From: Bacteroidota bacterium
Lineage (GTDB): Bacteria > Bacteroidota > Bacteroidia > NS11-12g > UBA955
Assembly (NCBI GenBank): GCA_013205405.1
Contig: JABMMZ010000041.1
Location: forward strand, 9,718 to 73,717
Direction of reading: 5' to 3'
DNA length: 64,000 nucleotides
Numbering within the stretch: the stretch's first letter is position 1; each line of letters opens with the position of its first letter. A program made the position numbers and the translations under genes. Under the pieces are notes generated by a model, which saw only the letters and a program-made list of their open reading frames with translations, did no database searches and was not told the DNA's origin. This document shows, in pieces, positions 37,872 through 48,403 of this stretch.

Positions 37872-39698
37872 TTACCTAGCATATTTCCTTTTGCGTATAA
37901 CGTTATTTAGAACACCGAATAGTATAATTGCTAAAATTGGCAGTATTGTATTTAAAATTTGCCAATAGGTTTTTTCACTCAGCCATTCGCCCTCTTGCTT
38001 GGGTGCAGATATACGGGATTTATCTAAAAGGCGCAAATTTATTTCTTTGGTACGCACTTCTATTAAGCCGCTTTCATCAAATAGGTAATCAAAACAATTA
38101 AGTAAGAATTTTTTATTAGCAAAGGTTCTACCCGTTTCTCTATCAAACCCTAAAGGAAATACCTCGCCTGTGCTTTTTTTAACCGCATTTAAGGCAATAT
38201 CGCCATCGGCTATTACCACCATGCTGTTTTGGCAACTTTCTTTTACTGGTGCCGAATATATTTTATCTGGTCTTTTAGAGTTACTCTTAAATTCTCCTTC
38301 TAATAGCATACCTACCAATTGTTTACCGCTTCTAAAGGTTTGTAAATATTTAGGGTCACCATTATTGGCCACTATGCTTAAATCTACATAGGCAGGCGCA
38401 TCTTGCATTTTTGTTTTTTCGGTACTTAATAATAAATTAGTAACTTTAAGATTTTCTTTAGCAATGGGTTTTAAGGTACCTGCATATTGTCCCCATACTA
38501 CTTCTAGGTTTTTAGTAATAGGATGATCATTGCCTGAAAAAGCAAATACCGGATAATATACCCATGGAAAATGGCGCAATTGACCTTGGCGAAAAGGGTC
38601 GGGAAGTATTACATCGTTACAATTTAAATCTAATAATAAATTAGAATTTAAACGTACGCCATAATTAAATAATAGCGTGCGTAGGTTTTCGTTGTTCCAA
38701 TCTGGAAATTGAGCTTTGCCTTTAAACGCATTTCGGAGACTATCATGCTCGGCCATAGTTGGGTCTATCATCCATACTGTTTTTCCTCCATGCATTACAT
38801 ATTGGTCTAAAATATAAGTTTCATCTTTTCTGAGTGGTTCAGTAGGTTTTACAACTACTATACCATCATATTCTTTCAGTTTTTTAAGTGTTTTTTGAAT
38901 AATAAGGGCACCCAGGCTATCATAGTTTTTCACTACTTTAGCATCTTCTGTAAACTGAGAAAGAAATTCTAAATCACCCAAATTAAATAAAAATCTATCA
39001 ATAGAATAATTATCACTCAAACTGGCCATTAAGTCATCTAAATAAATCGCTTCAGGCTCGCCATGTCCATATAAAAAGGCTATCTTTTTTTGCGTTTTGG
39101 TAATACATTTTCTTATGCTATTGGCTATTTCATATTCTAAATTTTCAATAGATTTGTTAATAGCGGTCTCTCCAGCCATGCCTTTTTCTGTAGTTAAGAG
39201 GTTAATGCCGTATTCTTTATCTGCGCCATAAGTTACTTCAGCACAAGGTAATATTAAGTTTCGTTTTTGTTGGTCGGTTTCGTTTTCAATATCATTGTAA
39301 TAATTCAATCCTTTAAGACTCAGTTGTTTCATTACTTCGGATTTTTCTTTGTCATCTTTGTCTGCAAAAACATTAACAAATTCGTAGTCTATTTTATTGC
39401 CACTTAGGTCTCTGAATTCACTTAGCATATCCACCGTAGCAGTTCGCAATTGCTTAAACTTAGCAGATAAATTATCGCCTTCTAAGTAAACTTTAAAGAA
39501 CATTCTATCATCTATTTTTTTAGCTAACTCTTTAGAAGTAGCTGATAGTGTATAACGTTTTTCCTTAGTTAAATCGAATTTGGTGTAATATTGATTGGCC
39601 AATACATTGGCAATTACAATAACCACTACCAATAGTATCAGTTCAATAAAGCTTTGCTGCTTGTAGCCTCTTTTATTTTTTACTTTATTTACTACCAT
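37872..39698 (-). CDS. gldG: Gliding-motility-associated ABC transporter accessory/substrate-binding component GldG-like
   Basis: 608 aa with TM anchors at both ends and a large ABC-type uncharacterised transport system domain. Overlaps the permease gene by 7 nt (ATGGTAG). Confidence 0.65.
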   Translation of the reverse strand: MVVNKVKNKRGYKQQSFIELILLVVVIVIANVLANQYYTKFDLTKEKRYTLSATSKELAKKIDDRMFFKVYLEGDNLSAKFKQLRTATVDMLSEFRDLSGNKIDYEFVNVFADKDDKEKSEVMKQLSLKGLNYYNDIENETDQQKRNLILPCAEVTYGADKEYGINLLTTEKGMAGETAINKSIENLEYEIANSIRKCITKTQKKIAFLYGHGEPEAIYLDDLMASLSDNYSIDRFLFNLGDLEFLSQFTEDAKVVKNYDSLGALIIQKTLKKLKEYDGIVVVKPTEPLRKDETYILDQYVMHGGKTVWMIDPTMAEHDSLRNAFKGKAQFPDWNNENLRTLLFNYGVRLNSNLLLDLNCNDVILPDPFRQGQLRHFPWVYYPVFAFSGNDHPITKNLEVVWGQYAGTLKPIAKENLKVTNLLLSTEKTKMQDAPAYVDLSIVANNGDPKYLQTFRSGKQLVGMLLEGEFKSNSKRPDKIYSAPVKESCQNSMVVIADGDIALNAVKKSTGEVFPLGFDRETGRTFANKKFLLNCFDYLFDESGLIEVRTKEINLRLLDKSRISAPKQEGEWLSEKTYWQILNTILPILAIILFGVLNNVIRKRKYAR

Positions 39699-40420
39699 TT
39701 TCTACTGCTAAAAATAATTTTTGTTAACCAAATAAATAATACAATTAAGCTTAAAAAATAAACAATATCACGCGTATCTATTAAGCCTTTACTTAAACTA
39801 CGGTAGTGGTAACTAATACCCATCCATTGTATAAAAAAATTAGTGCCTTTCAAAAATTCGAAGGCCCCCATATAATCAAATGCTGTATAAAAAAAGAAGC
39901 ATAAGAACATGCTAATTATAAAGGATATAATTTGATTATCGGTAATAATACTTGAAAATATACCAATAGCAATGTAGGCAGCACTTAATAGTATTAATCC
40001 CAGATAACTGCCCCATATAGCACCGCTATCTACATTGCCTTCTGGCAAGGCTAAGGTATTAATGGTATAGTAATAAATAAAAGTGGGAAGTATGGCAAAT
40101 AAGGCAATTACTAGACTGGCAAAATATTTACCTAAAACAATAGCGGTATCTGAAATAGGCTTGGTAGTTAAAATTTCAAAAGTACCTGTTTTTTTTTCTT
40201 CGCTAAACGAGCGCATGGTAATAGCAGAAATTAAAAATATAAAAATAAGCGGTGCTAAATAAAATAAAGGGTCGAGGTTGGCATAGCCTGCATCCAAAAT
40301 ATTGGTATCTTTAAAGACCCAAAGAAATAAGCTATTGGCAACTAAAAATACAACAATAACTATAATGGCTATAAGTGAGCTTAAAAAACTTCTGATTTCT
40401 TTTTTAAAAATACTAAACAT
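39692..40420 (-). CDS. gldF: Gliding-motility-associated ABC transporter permease GldF-like (ABC-2 type)
   Basis: 242 aa with six TM helices, placed between the ATPase gene and the GldG-like gene. Confidence 0.65.
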   Translation of the reverse strand: MFSIFKKEIRSFLSSLIAIIVIVVFLVANSLFLWVFKDTNILDAGYANLDPLFYLAPLIFIFLISAITMRSFSEEKKTGTFEILTTKPISDTAIVLGKYFASLVIALFAILPTFIYYYTINTLALPEGNVDSGAIWGSYLGLILLSAAYIAIGIFSSIITDNQIISFIISMFLCFFFYTAFDYMGAFEFLKGTNFFIQWMGISYHYRSLSKGLIDTRDIVYFLSLIVLFIWLTKIIFSSRKW

Positions 40421-40430
40421 TAATTTTTTC

Positions 40431-41342
40431 TTATTTTTTTTGCGTTACATTTTTAAAAATATCTTCTAAACTGCTTTCTTGAAGTTTCATTTCCGAAAGC
40501 ATGAGTTGTTGTTTTACAGCAAAATTAAAGGCAATGGTTTTCATGTGCTCTTCGTTTAATCCCTCTAGGCTATAAGAACCGTCACCAATTAAAGTTACAT
40601 TAGTTAATTGTTTTAATTCAACAAGTTGTTGGGTGTTTAAAGGGATATTAAATTTAACCGATAACACTTTATTGGCGCTAAAAATATCTTTCAATTCTTG
40701 GGGTTTACCGTTGGCTACAATTTCGCCTTTGTTTACAATAATTACACGATTACACATGGCTTCTACCTCTTGCATAATATGGGTACTTAGCATTACGGTT
40801 TTTTCTTTGCCTATGGTTGTTATTAGGTTTCTAATTTCTACTATTTGGTTGGGGTCTAATCCGCTTGTAGGTTCGTCTAATATAAGTACTTTAGGATTAT
40901 GAATCATGGCTTGTGCTAAACCAACACGTTGGCGGTAGCCTTTAGAAAGTTGACCAATTTTCTTTTTTTGCTCTACTTGCAAACCTGTTAAATCTACCAT
41001 TTCTTGAACCCTTTTGGTAATATTTTTAATGCCATATACAGAACCTACAAAGTGTAAGTATTCTTTTACATACATATCTGTATACAGTGGGTTATGCTCG
41101 GGCAAATAGCCTATTTGTTGGCGAATGGCAATGGCGTTTTCTTCTACATTTAAATCGTTAATAAAGGCTGCACCTTTGGTAGGGGGAATAAAACATGTTA
41201 ATATTTTCATGGTAGTGGTTTTACCCGCCCCATTAGGACCTAGAAAGCCAACAATTTCGCCTGTATTTATTTCAAAAGAAATATTATTAACGGCTTGCTG
41301 TTTGCCATAGGTTTTGGTTAAATTTTCTACTCGGATAGACAC
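40431..41342 (-). CDS. gldA: Gliding-motility-associated ABC transporter ATP-binding protein GldA-like
   Basis: Walker A GPNGAGKTT, signature LSKGYRQR, Walker B LILDEPTSGLD. Confidence 0.75.
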   Translation of the reverse strand: MSIRVENLTKTYGKQQAVNNISFEINTGEIVGFLGPNGAGKTTTMKILTCFIPPTKGAAFINDLNVEENAIAIRQQIGYLPEHNPLYTDMYVKEYLHFVGSVYGIKNITKRVQEMVDLTGLQVEQKKKIGQLSKGYRQRVGLAQAMIHNPKVLILDEPTSGLDPNQIVEIRNLITTIGKEKTVMLSTHIMQEVEAMCNRVIIVNKGEIVANGKPQELKDIFSANKVLSVKFNIPLNTQQLVELKQLTNVTLIGDGSYSLEGLNEEHMKTIAFNFAVKQQLMLSEMKLQESSLEDIFKNVTQKK

Positions 41343-41451
41343 TTTTTTATAACATTACAACTTGTGAAGTGCGAAAGTAACGACAATTTTATAGAAAATA
41401 TTGTATGAAATAAATTTTTTATGAACGTATGTTAAAAAATGAAGTAAACTA

Positions 41452-43857
41452 CTAATACTTACTATAATTCAAAAAACTCTCAATACTATTCAACTTGGTT
41501 CGTAAGGTATTGAGTTTTATAAAGGTTAAAGAATTATTGCTAAAATTAAGGGCTATAATATCACTTTTATTGGCATAGTAAATATTGCCATTATAATCGG
41601 TAGCTACTATTAATTGACAATTAATTGGGGTTAAGAATATTTTATCTTTTTCTAATTTAATAGGGGTGGCATAACGGTCGTCTAACATATATATTTCTTT
41701 AACATCAATGGGCAAGCCTCTTTCATCTGCATAGTGCACTACAAGGTTAGTATTAAAGTTATGTTCTTGCATTTTAACTAAACCAAAAGTGCCCAATTGG
41801 TGTATTTTGAGTTCAGCTGTTTGTTTGTTTTTAATTAATTCTTCCGATTTGGCATTTAAAAAAGTTTCGTAATCTTTATATCTTAAATTATTAAGACTAT
41901 TAAAACTTTCTTTTCTATTGTTCATAGTTTTTTCATATTTTTTATAGGCTTTATAAAATTTAGATATTTGTTTTTTAATAATTTCAGCATCTTCAGAATC
42001 GGTTATTAAGGCTTCAATTTCTTGCAAGCCTTCTTCTGTTTTTAAAAGGATTTTGCAGGTCTCTTTCCCTTGCGAATAGTATATTCTTACATCATTATAT
42101 TTTTTGTTTTTGATATAATTGTCTGCTAATTCTTTTTTGTTTTCTAAATTTATTTTTAAGTTTAAATTAAGTGCCTTTAAATGCTTCAATTCTGCAAAAA
42201 GTGCTTTATCTGTTTTATCTAAAATTTTAAAATATTGACGCTCTTTATTGCGTTTTTTAGGTGTTACTTTTTGAATTTTTACTAAGCCTCTTCCACGTTT
42301 TATTCTGGCACCATCTTTTTTACCACTGTTATTATATGTTTTGGTCCATGTACGATCTAAATCGGTATAAAATTTATGTTTTTTGAATAGTAATTGTGTG
42401 TTGATATTTTTATCATTTAAAAAATAATTAGTACCATAGAATAATCTATTTTCAAAAGTCGATGAATCAAAAATGTAAGCATTTTTTGTACCCAAATTAG
42501 TTTCTATTTTATAAAAATCTATGGGTGTAAAATCATTAGAAAATACTGAATTATAAAGGGCTAAGTCTTGCCAAGAATTGGATTCGTAATCAAAGTAATA
42601 TTCATAACTAGCGCTATCTTTAGAAACCGGCAATAAGGCTTTTATTTGCATATTTGGTTTTAGTACTACTTCATTTTTAGCAGTGCTAGCTTGTATATTA
42701 AATAAAAATTGATTGGCTAAATTACTATTGCCTATTTTTAAATTAAAACCGCAAAATAAAGCATCTATGGCGCGTGGTATTTGCACTATTTTTATATAAA
42801 TAGGATCTTTAATATTTTCTTCCATGGTTGAAATAAAACTATTTTGCGGAATAATTAATTTTAATCCACTTTCTGAGAGGATAGAGGCATTAGTTGTGCC
42901 ATCTATCATAAATATTTCTTCTTTTGGCTTTACGCTACTATAAGGATAATTAAACTCGGGAGAGGATTTGAAATCAGGCGAAAATTCTTTTCTAAAAGAA
43001 ATGCTTTTGTTATCAATAGAAGCAGTTTCAAGGGCTGTATTATCAGAGATAATTTCGCCTTTATACAATTTTTCTAAATACTCGTTTTCATAATTACCTA
43101 AAGCACTGCTAGCATAATATTTTACCTGAATCATACTGGGCAAGTCATCTGCAATATTAAAACTAATAGCGGTTGCATATTCTGTTAAATCTTCTAAATT
43201 TTCGGCTATAGAAAGCGATAAATTATCATATAAAACAAGCGTACTTAAATAATATAATTTAGTAATACTTTTAGGCAAATCTGTAATTCTATCTAAGCTA
43301 ATACCAAAAGTCTGCATATTCATTTTACCTGTAATATAATCTGTAATTTTAGCAATATCAGCCGGCAAAAGGTCTGCTATAATATGCAATTCTTTTATGT
43401 TGGGAAGTGCTTTTAGTTCGTCTATTTTTTCAGGCTTGCCTTTTATAAATAAATACAAAGAACTTAAATTTTTAAGCTTGGTAATATTTGGTAATTGGCT
43501 AAGTTTATTTTCAGTTAAACTTACTTGCAGCCACTCTATTTGTTGGCATGAGTCAAAACTATTTTTTGTAAAATTGCCCTCATAATTTTTTAAATTAAGC
43601 TCGTTTAAAGCATAGCAATTGTTCAGTTTATTCAATACTGCATTCAGGTTTACAGTATTATTTATTTTTAAAGCGGTAATAAAATTATAGTCCGAAGTAT
43701 TTTTTATAAAAACCGTTACATCTTTTTCAGTTGTTAATTCTAAACGGTCAAATCTGTATTTATCAACGTTCTTTAATGAATAAAAATCATTCGATTGTGC
43801 GACAATTCGAGTCGAAAAAAAGACTAAATATAAGATTATGGAAAATTTGTTGTTCAT
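41452..43857 (-). CDS. Secreted leucine-rich-repeat protein, hypothetical
   Basis: Signal peptide. LRR-like units in the first ~230 residues (LNELNLKN..., LSQLPNITKLKNLSSLYL, LPKSITKLYYLSTLVLYDN). The remaining ~550 aa are unassigned. Confidence 0.6.
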   Translation of the reverse strand: MNNKFSIILYLVFFSTRIVAQSNDFYSLKNVDKYRFDRLELTTEKDVTVFIKNTSDYNFITALKINNTVNLNAVLNKLNNCYALNELNLKNYEGNFTKNSFDSCQQIEWLQVSLTENKLSQLPNITKLKNLSSLYLFIKGKPEKIDELKALPNIKELHIIADLLPADIAKITDYITGKMNMQTFGISLDRITDLPKSITKLYYLSTLVLYDNLSLSIAENLEDLTEYATAISFNIADDLPSMIQVKYYASSALGNYENEYLEKLYKGEIISDNTALETASIDNKSISFRKEFSPDFKSSPEFNYPYSSVKPKEEIFMIDGTTNASILSESGLKLIIPQNSFISTMEENIKDPIYIKIVQIPRAIDALFCGFNLKIGNSNLANQFLFNIQASTAKNEVVLKPNMQIKALLPVSKDSASYEYYFDYESNSWQDLALYNSVFSNDFTPIDFYKIETNLGTKNAYIFDSSTFENRLFYGTNYFLNDKNINTQLLFKKHKFYTDLDRTWTKTYNNSGKKDGARIKRGRGLVKIQKVTPKKRNKERQYFKILDKTDKALFAELKHLKALNLNLKINLENKKELADNYIKNKKYNDVRIYYSQGKETCKILLKTEEGLQEIEALITDSEDAEIIKKQISKFYKAYKKYEKTMNNRKESFNSLNNLRYKDYETFLNAKSEELIKNKQTAELKIHQLGTFGLVKMQEHNFNTNLVVHYADERGLPIDVKEIYMLDDRYATPIKLEKDKIFLTPINCQLIVATDYNGNIYYANKSDIIALNFSNNSLTFIKLNTLRTKLNSIESFLNYSKY

Positions 43858-43901
43858 GCTATGCCAATATATTTTTGTTGTATGTGATAATGCAGTGATA
43901 A

Positions 43902-44468
43902 TTATTTTTTAAAACTAGTACTCAGTAGCAAAGGTATTTTAATTTCTGCACAAAAGTGTTCTTCATTATCCATTGGTTTAATATCTAAATCAAATTGCTT
44001 GCCAATTCTATAAATTTCATTTTCAAAGCCATAATCGCAAGAAAATTGGTAACATTCTTCAGTATTTTTTTCTATTATCCCACTCACTTTCAAGCATCCT
44101 AAAGTGGCTTCGCCATAGGCTTCTATTAAACCTGGCACACCAAGCATAGGGCTGACAAAATAGCGTATTACTACTACCAATACATTGGTTAAATCTAAAC
44201 TTTGAATTTGTCTTAAAATTGGTTTACCTGCCGTATTACTTGGTTCGCAATCATCGTTGGCGCGCGAAGCATTTTTATCTATATGTAAAATATAAGCATA
44301 ACAATGTTGCGTGGCATCAGAATAATCATGTTTTAATTGTGTTAAATATCCTTTTATTTTCTGCTCATTTATTACTTTAAAAGTAAAAGCTAAGAACTCA
44401 CTTACTTTGCTTTTGGATTGGAAATTGCTTTCAGAAAGAATTTTTTTGTAAGTGTTTGTAAAAAGCAT
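43902..44468 (-). CDS. yigZ: YigZ / IMPACT family protein (UPF0029)
   Basis: Motif DDCEPSNTAGKPIL and the VVVIRYF block. Confidence 0.8.
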   Translation of the reverse strand: MLFTNTYKKILSESNFQSKSKVSEFLAFTFKVINEQKIKGYLTQLKHDYSDATQHCYAYILHIDKNASRANDDCEPSNTAGKPILRQIQSLDLTNVLVVVIRYFVSPMLGVPGLIEAYGEATLGCLKVSGIIEKNTEECYQFSCDYGFENEIYRIGKQFDLDIKPMDNEEHFCAEIKIPLLLSTSFKK

Positions 44469-44469
44469 T

Positions 44470-45483
44470 TTATTTAAAATAAATATTTAAAATATCTTCA
44501 CCTAAAACTATAGTTTGCTTTAATTGAGCCTTAAATTTTGGAGCTTTTAAGCCATCTATAAAAGTATTTTTTGTAGATGTAAAAACTCTATATTCATCTA
44601 CTAATTTGGCATTTATAAAGCTCTCTAATAATTGCTTTCCACCTTCTATTACAACACTATGAATATCAATATGATACAATGCATTGACAATAGTTTGAGG
44701 TTCTTTATTATCTATTTTTACATATTGAATAGTATTTATGGTTTCATTTTTATGTCTGTTTAATATAACAGTGGCTTGTTTATTATCTAAAAAATGAAGG
44801 TTTTTACCCTCCGATTTTAAATCAAAATCAATCACTATTCTGATAGGATTTTTATGGCTAAAATGGCGACTATTCAATTGCGGATTATCTTGCATTAAAG
44901 TATAGGTGCCTATTAAAAAAGCTTGCTCTTCGCTGCGCCATTTATGCAATAATAGTTGGGCATTATTTCCACTAATTTGTTTTCGCTCACCTGCCATATA
45001 GCCATTGGCTGTTTCGGCCCATTTTAGAATAATATAGGGTCTTATTTTTTCATGAAAAGTAAAAAAAGCTCTGTTTAAATCTCTGCAGTCCTGCTCTAAA
45101 ATCCCAATTTCTACATCCATACCAGCAGCCTTTAAAAGTGCTATTCCCTTGCCTGCTACTTTACTAAAAGTATCCACACAACCAATGACTACTTTTTTTA
45201 CTTTGTGCGCAATCAACAAATTGGCACACGGAGGTGTTTTACCAAAATGGGCGCATGGTTCTAAAGATACATACACAGTAGAAAGTGGCAAAAGGGTTTT
45301 ATCCAAAACACTATCAATAGCATTTACCTCTGCATGTGCACCGCCATATTGGGAATGAAAACCCTCGCCAATAATATTATTTTTATACACAATAACGCAA
45401 CCTACCATTGGATTTGGCGCTACCTTACCTTTGCCTTTTAGAGCTAATTGTATGCAGCGTTGCATATATTTTTCTTCAATCAT
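44470..45483 (-). CDS. ribD: Bifunctional riboflavin biosynthesis protein RibD (pyrimidine deaminase / uracil reductase)
   Basis: Deaminase zinc motifs HAEVNA and PCAHFGKTPPC, with a C-terminal reductase domain. Confidence 0.92.
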   Translation of the reverse strand: MIEEKYMQRCIQLALKGKGKVAPNPMVGCVIVYKNNIIGEGFHSQYGGAHAEVNAIDSVLDKTLLPLSTVYVSLEPCAHFGKTPPCANLLIAHKVKKVVIGCVDTFSKVAGKGIALLKAAGMDVEIGILEQDCRDLNRAFFTFHEKIRPYIILKWAETANGYMAGERKQISGNNAQLLLHKWRSEEQAFLIGTYTLMQDNPQLNSRHFSHKNPIRIVIDFDLKSEGKNLHFLDNKQATVILNRHKNETINTIQYVKIDNKEPQTIVNALYHIDIHSVVIEGGKQLLESFINAKLVDEYRVFTSTKNTFIDGLKAPKFKAQLKQTIVLGEDILNIYFK

Positions 45484-45536
45484 TGTATTATTGCAAAAAT
45501 ACTTAAAACTTTACATTTTATTTTCAAACTACTATT

Positions 45537-46379
45537 TTGACCAATCAAAGCGCTTTTAATTTTTTTAAAGAACAGTTAATTCTGTTTTACCCAGAAACGG
45601 AAGCTAAAGCTATGGCTGAAATAGTTTTTGAGGATGTATTTGGTTTGTCTAAATCTGCGTTTTCAAATATTTTAGATAAAGAATTTAATGAAAATGAAAA
45701 ACTCAATAAATTATTAAAAAGACTTAAAACCTACGAACCATTGCAGCATATAATTGGTTTTACCTTTTTTAAGGGGTTAAAAATAAATATAAATCCGGAT
45801 GTTCTAATTCCAAGGCCAGAAACGGAAGAACTTTTAGATTGGATACTTGAAGATACAAAGGAAACGCCCAAAATAATAGCTGATATTTGTACAGGAAGTG
45901 GCTGTATAGTTTTGGCTTTAAAAAAGCATTATAAATTGGCGAATTGTATTGCCACAGATGTTTCAGAAAAAGCTTTAGAAACCGCCAAAAAAAATGAAAA
46001 ACAATTATTTAATACATCAGAAATTAAATTTGCTAAACACAATTGTTTACAGGAAGAATGGCACTTTGAATGGCCCGATATTGTAATATCTAACCCGCCT
46101 TATATTGCAGCGAGTGAAAGCTCTAAAATGAATAAAAATGTGTTGGCTTTTGAGCCTCACTTAGCTTTATTTGCGCCCGAAAATGATGTTTTAATCTTTT
46201 ATAAGTCTATTATCCAATTGTTTTTTAAGCAGAAAATGCCTGTCATATATTTTGAATTGAATCCTTTAACTGCAAAAGATTTGAGCTTGTATTGTGAGGA
46301 GCTAGGCTTAAGCATTCTACTAAAGGAGGATATGTATGGTAAATTGAGGTTTGCCAAATTGGGGCATAATATGGGTTAA
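45537..46379 (+). CDS. prmC: Peptide chain release factor N5-glutamine methyltransferase
   Basis: IPRPETEEL, DICTGSGCI and the NPPY catalytic motif (VISNPPYI). TTG start. Confidence 0.88.
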   Translation: MTNQSAFNFFKEQLILFYPETEAKAMAEIVFEDVFGLSKSAFSNILDKEFNENEKLNKLLKRLKTYEPLQHIIGFTFFKGLKININPDVLIPRPETEELLDWILEDTKETPKIIADICTGSGCIVLALKKHYKLANCIATDVSEKALETAKKNEKQLFNTSEIKFAKHNCLQEEWHFEWPDIVISNPPYIAASESSKMNKNVLAFEPHLALFAPENDVLIFYKSIIQLFFKQKMPVIYFELNPLTAKDLSLYCEELGLSILLKEDMYGKLRFAKLGHNMG

Positions 46380-46385
46380 AATGCT

Positions 46386-46393
46386 TACTTTTG
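46386..46393 (+). promoter_or_regulatory. Bacteroidota -7 promoter box (TACTTTTG) upstream of der
   Basis: TAnnTTTG match 10 nt upstream of the ATG at 46404. Confidence 0.45.
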
Positions 46394-46403
46394 CGGCTTA
46401 TTT

Positions 46404-47726
46404 ATGTCGAGAATAGTAGCAATAGTAGGAAGACCCAATGTAGGAAAATCTACTTTATTTAATAGATTGGTCGGAGAGCGAAAAGCCATTGTAGACGATT
46501 ACAGTGGGGTAACACGCGATAGGCACTATGGTGAATGTGAGTGGGGTGGATTAAAATTTAGTGTTATAGATACTGGAGGTTACGTGCCAGATAGTAAAGA
46601 TGTATTTGAATCTGCAATACGCGATCAAGTTAAAATAGCGGTTCAAGAGGCTAATTTATTGCTTTTTATGGTAGATGTGCAAACCGATGTTACAGATTTA
46701 GACACCCAATTTGCTAATATTTTACGTAAAAGTAAAAAACCAGTGATATTGGTTGTAAACAAAGTAGATAACCACGAACAAATAAATGATGCTGCCGTAT
46801 TTTACAGTTTAGGTTTTGGTGAATTATATTCTATATCATCAGCCACAGGCAGCGGCACAGGTGATTTGTTAGATAAAATAGTAGAACTTTTGCCGGTGGA
46901 CGAAGATGAGCAAGATTTTATCAATTCTGAAACTATGAACTTGGCTAAAATAGCTATTGTTGGTCGCCCAAATGTAGGAAAATCTTCTTTTGTAAATGCA
47001 CTTTTAGGGTACGATAGAAATATTGTAACCGATATAGCAGGTACCACCAGAGACAGTATTCATACACGGTATAACGCCTTTGGCAAAGATTTAATATTAA
47101 TAGATACAGCTGGTATTCGTAAGAAAAGTAAAGTAGATGAAAATATAGAATTTTACTCTGTTATGCGCAGTTTAAGAGCTATTGAAAATTGCGATGTATG
47201 TATTTTAATGCTGGATGCTAACCAAGGCATAGAAGCACAAGATTTGAATCTTTTGTTCCTAGCACATAGAAATGGAAAAGGTATTGTGGTATTGGTAAAT
47301 AAATGGGATACATACGAGAAAGAAACCAATACTGCTAAGGAATACGAAGCCCATATTAGAAACAGAACTATGCCTTTTGTAGACTATCCAATATTATTTA
47401 TTAGTGCCTTAAACAAACAACGTATTTTCCAAGCTATGGAAACAGCAGTAGAAGTAGAAAGTAACTTATCTAATAAAGTAAAAACAAGTAAATTGAACGA
47501 AATAATGCTACCTATTGTTAGCAATACGTCTCCTCCAAGTGTTAAGGGTAAAACTATTAGCATTAAATATATTCAACAATTGCCTTCTAAGTCGGTATGT
47601 TTTGCATTTTTCTGTAATTTACCTCAATATATTGGCGAATCTTACAAGCGTTTTTTGGAAAATCAATTGCGTCAACATTTTAATTTTAAAGGGGTGCCCA
47701 TAAAAATATTTTTTAGAAAAAAATAA
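46404..47726 (+). CDS. der: Ribosome biogenesis GTPase Der (EngA)
   Basis: Two tandem GTPase domains (GRPNVGKST twice, DTGG / DTAG, NKVD / NKWD) and a KH-like C-terminus. Confidence 0.95.
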   Translation: MSRIVAIVGRPNVGKSTLFNRLVGERKAIVDDYSGVTRDRHYGECEWGGLKFSVIDTGGYVPDSKDVFESAIRDQVKIAVQEANLLLFMVDVQTDVTDLDTQFANILRKSKKPVILVVNKVDNHEQINDAAVFYSLGFGELYSISSATGSGTGDLLDKIVELLPVDEDEQDFINSETMNLAKIAIVGRPNVGKSSFVNALLGYDRNIVTDIAGTTRDSIHTRYNAFGKDLILIDTAGIRKKSKVDENIEFYSVMRSLRAIENCDVCILMLDANQGIEAQDLNLLFLAHRNGKGIVVLVNKWDTYEKETNTAKEYEAHIRNRTMPFVDYPILFISALNKQRIFQAMETAVEVESNLSNKVKTSKLNEIMLPIVSNTSPPSVKGKTISIKYIQQLPSKSVCFAFFCNLPQYIGESYKRFLENQLRQHFNFKGVPIKIFFRKK

Positions 47727-47755
47727 ATTTCTCATATTTGAACCATAATATATAT

Positions 47756-47983
47756 ATGAAAAAATTACTTTTAATAAGCAGTATGGCACTTTTAGCCGCT
47801 TGTAGCAACAATGCCAAAACAGAAGAGCAAGAAATGCATGAAAGAGACAGCCTTGCAAAAATTCAAGAAGCGCAAAACACATTGGATGTTGATGCAAAAA
47901 TAGCAGCTGATGAAGCAAGAGATCAATTTATAGCAGATAGCGCCAAGCAGGCAGATTCTATGAAGATACTAGAGAAGAAATAA
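47756..47983 (+). CDS. Small lipoprotein, hypothetical
   Basis: MKKLLLISSMALLAACS lipobox. Start taken at the internal ATG at 47756. Confidence 0.6.
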   Translation: MKKLLLISSMALLAACSNNAKTEEQEMHERDSLAKIQEAQNTLDVDAKIAADEARDQFIADSAKQADSMKILEKK

Positions 47984-48077
47984 TGAAAAGTCTTTATCTT
48001 TTTATTAAATCAATTGAATTTTAGTTGCTTACTAGTAATATTAGTAAAGCTAGCTTTTTTAACCTATTGCTTTTATC

Positions 48078-48085
48078 TACCTTTG
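48078..48085 (+). promoter_or_regulatory. Bacteroidota -7 promoter box (TACCTTTG)
   Basis: TAnnTTTG match 21 nt upstream of the GTG start at 48107. Confidence 0.4.
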
Positions 48086-48106
48086 TAGCCTTATAAAAAA
48101 GCCTAA

Positions 48107-48403
48107 GTGAGTGTTGTAGATAAATTAAAAAAACGTTGGAATGTGAATTCGGGTTTACAAGTATTACTTATTATTATTGTATTTGCTTGTACAGGCTATT
48201 CTATTATAGGTATCAAACATTTATTAGGAATTACTTTTAGCACTCCATTGTTTTATAGAGTAACTTATTACATAGCCGTATTGCCTATTTATAATATTTT
48301 ATTATTAGGTTACGGCTGGTTATTTGGTCAATTTCAATTTTTTTTCAATTTTGAAAAGCGTTTCTTCGGCAGAATTGTTAATCTATTTAAATCTAAAAAA
48401 TAA
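48107..48403 (+). CDS. Small membrane protein, hypothetical
   Basis: 98 aa with two or three TM helices. Its stop overlaps the mrp start (TAATG). Confidence 0.55.
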   Translation: MSVVDKLKKRWNVNSGLQVLLIIIVFACTGYSIIGIKHLLGITFSTPLFYRVTYYIAVLPIYNILLLGYGWLFGQFQFFFNFEKRFFGRIVNLFKSKK

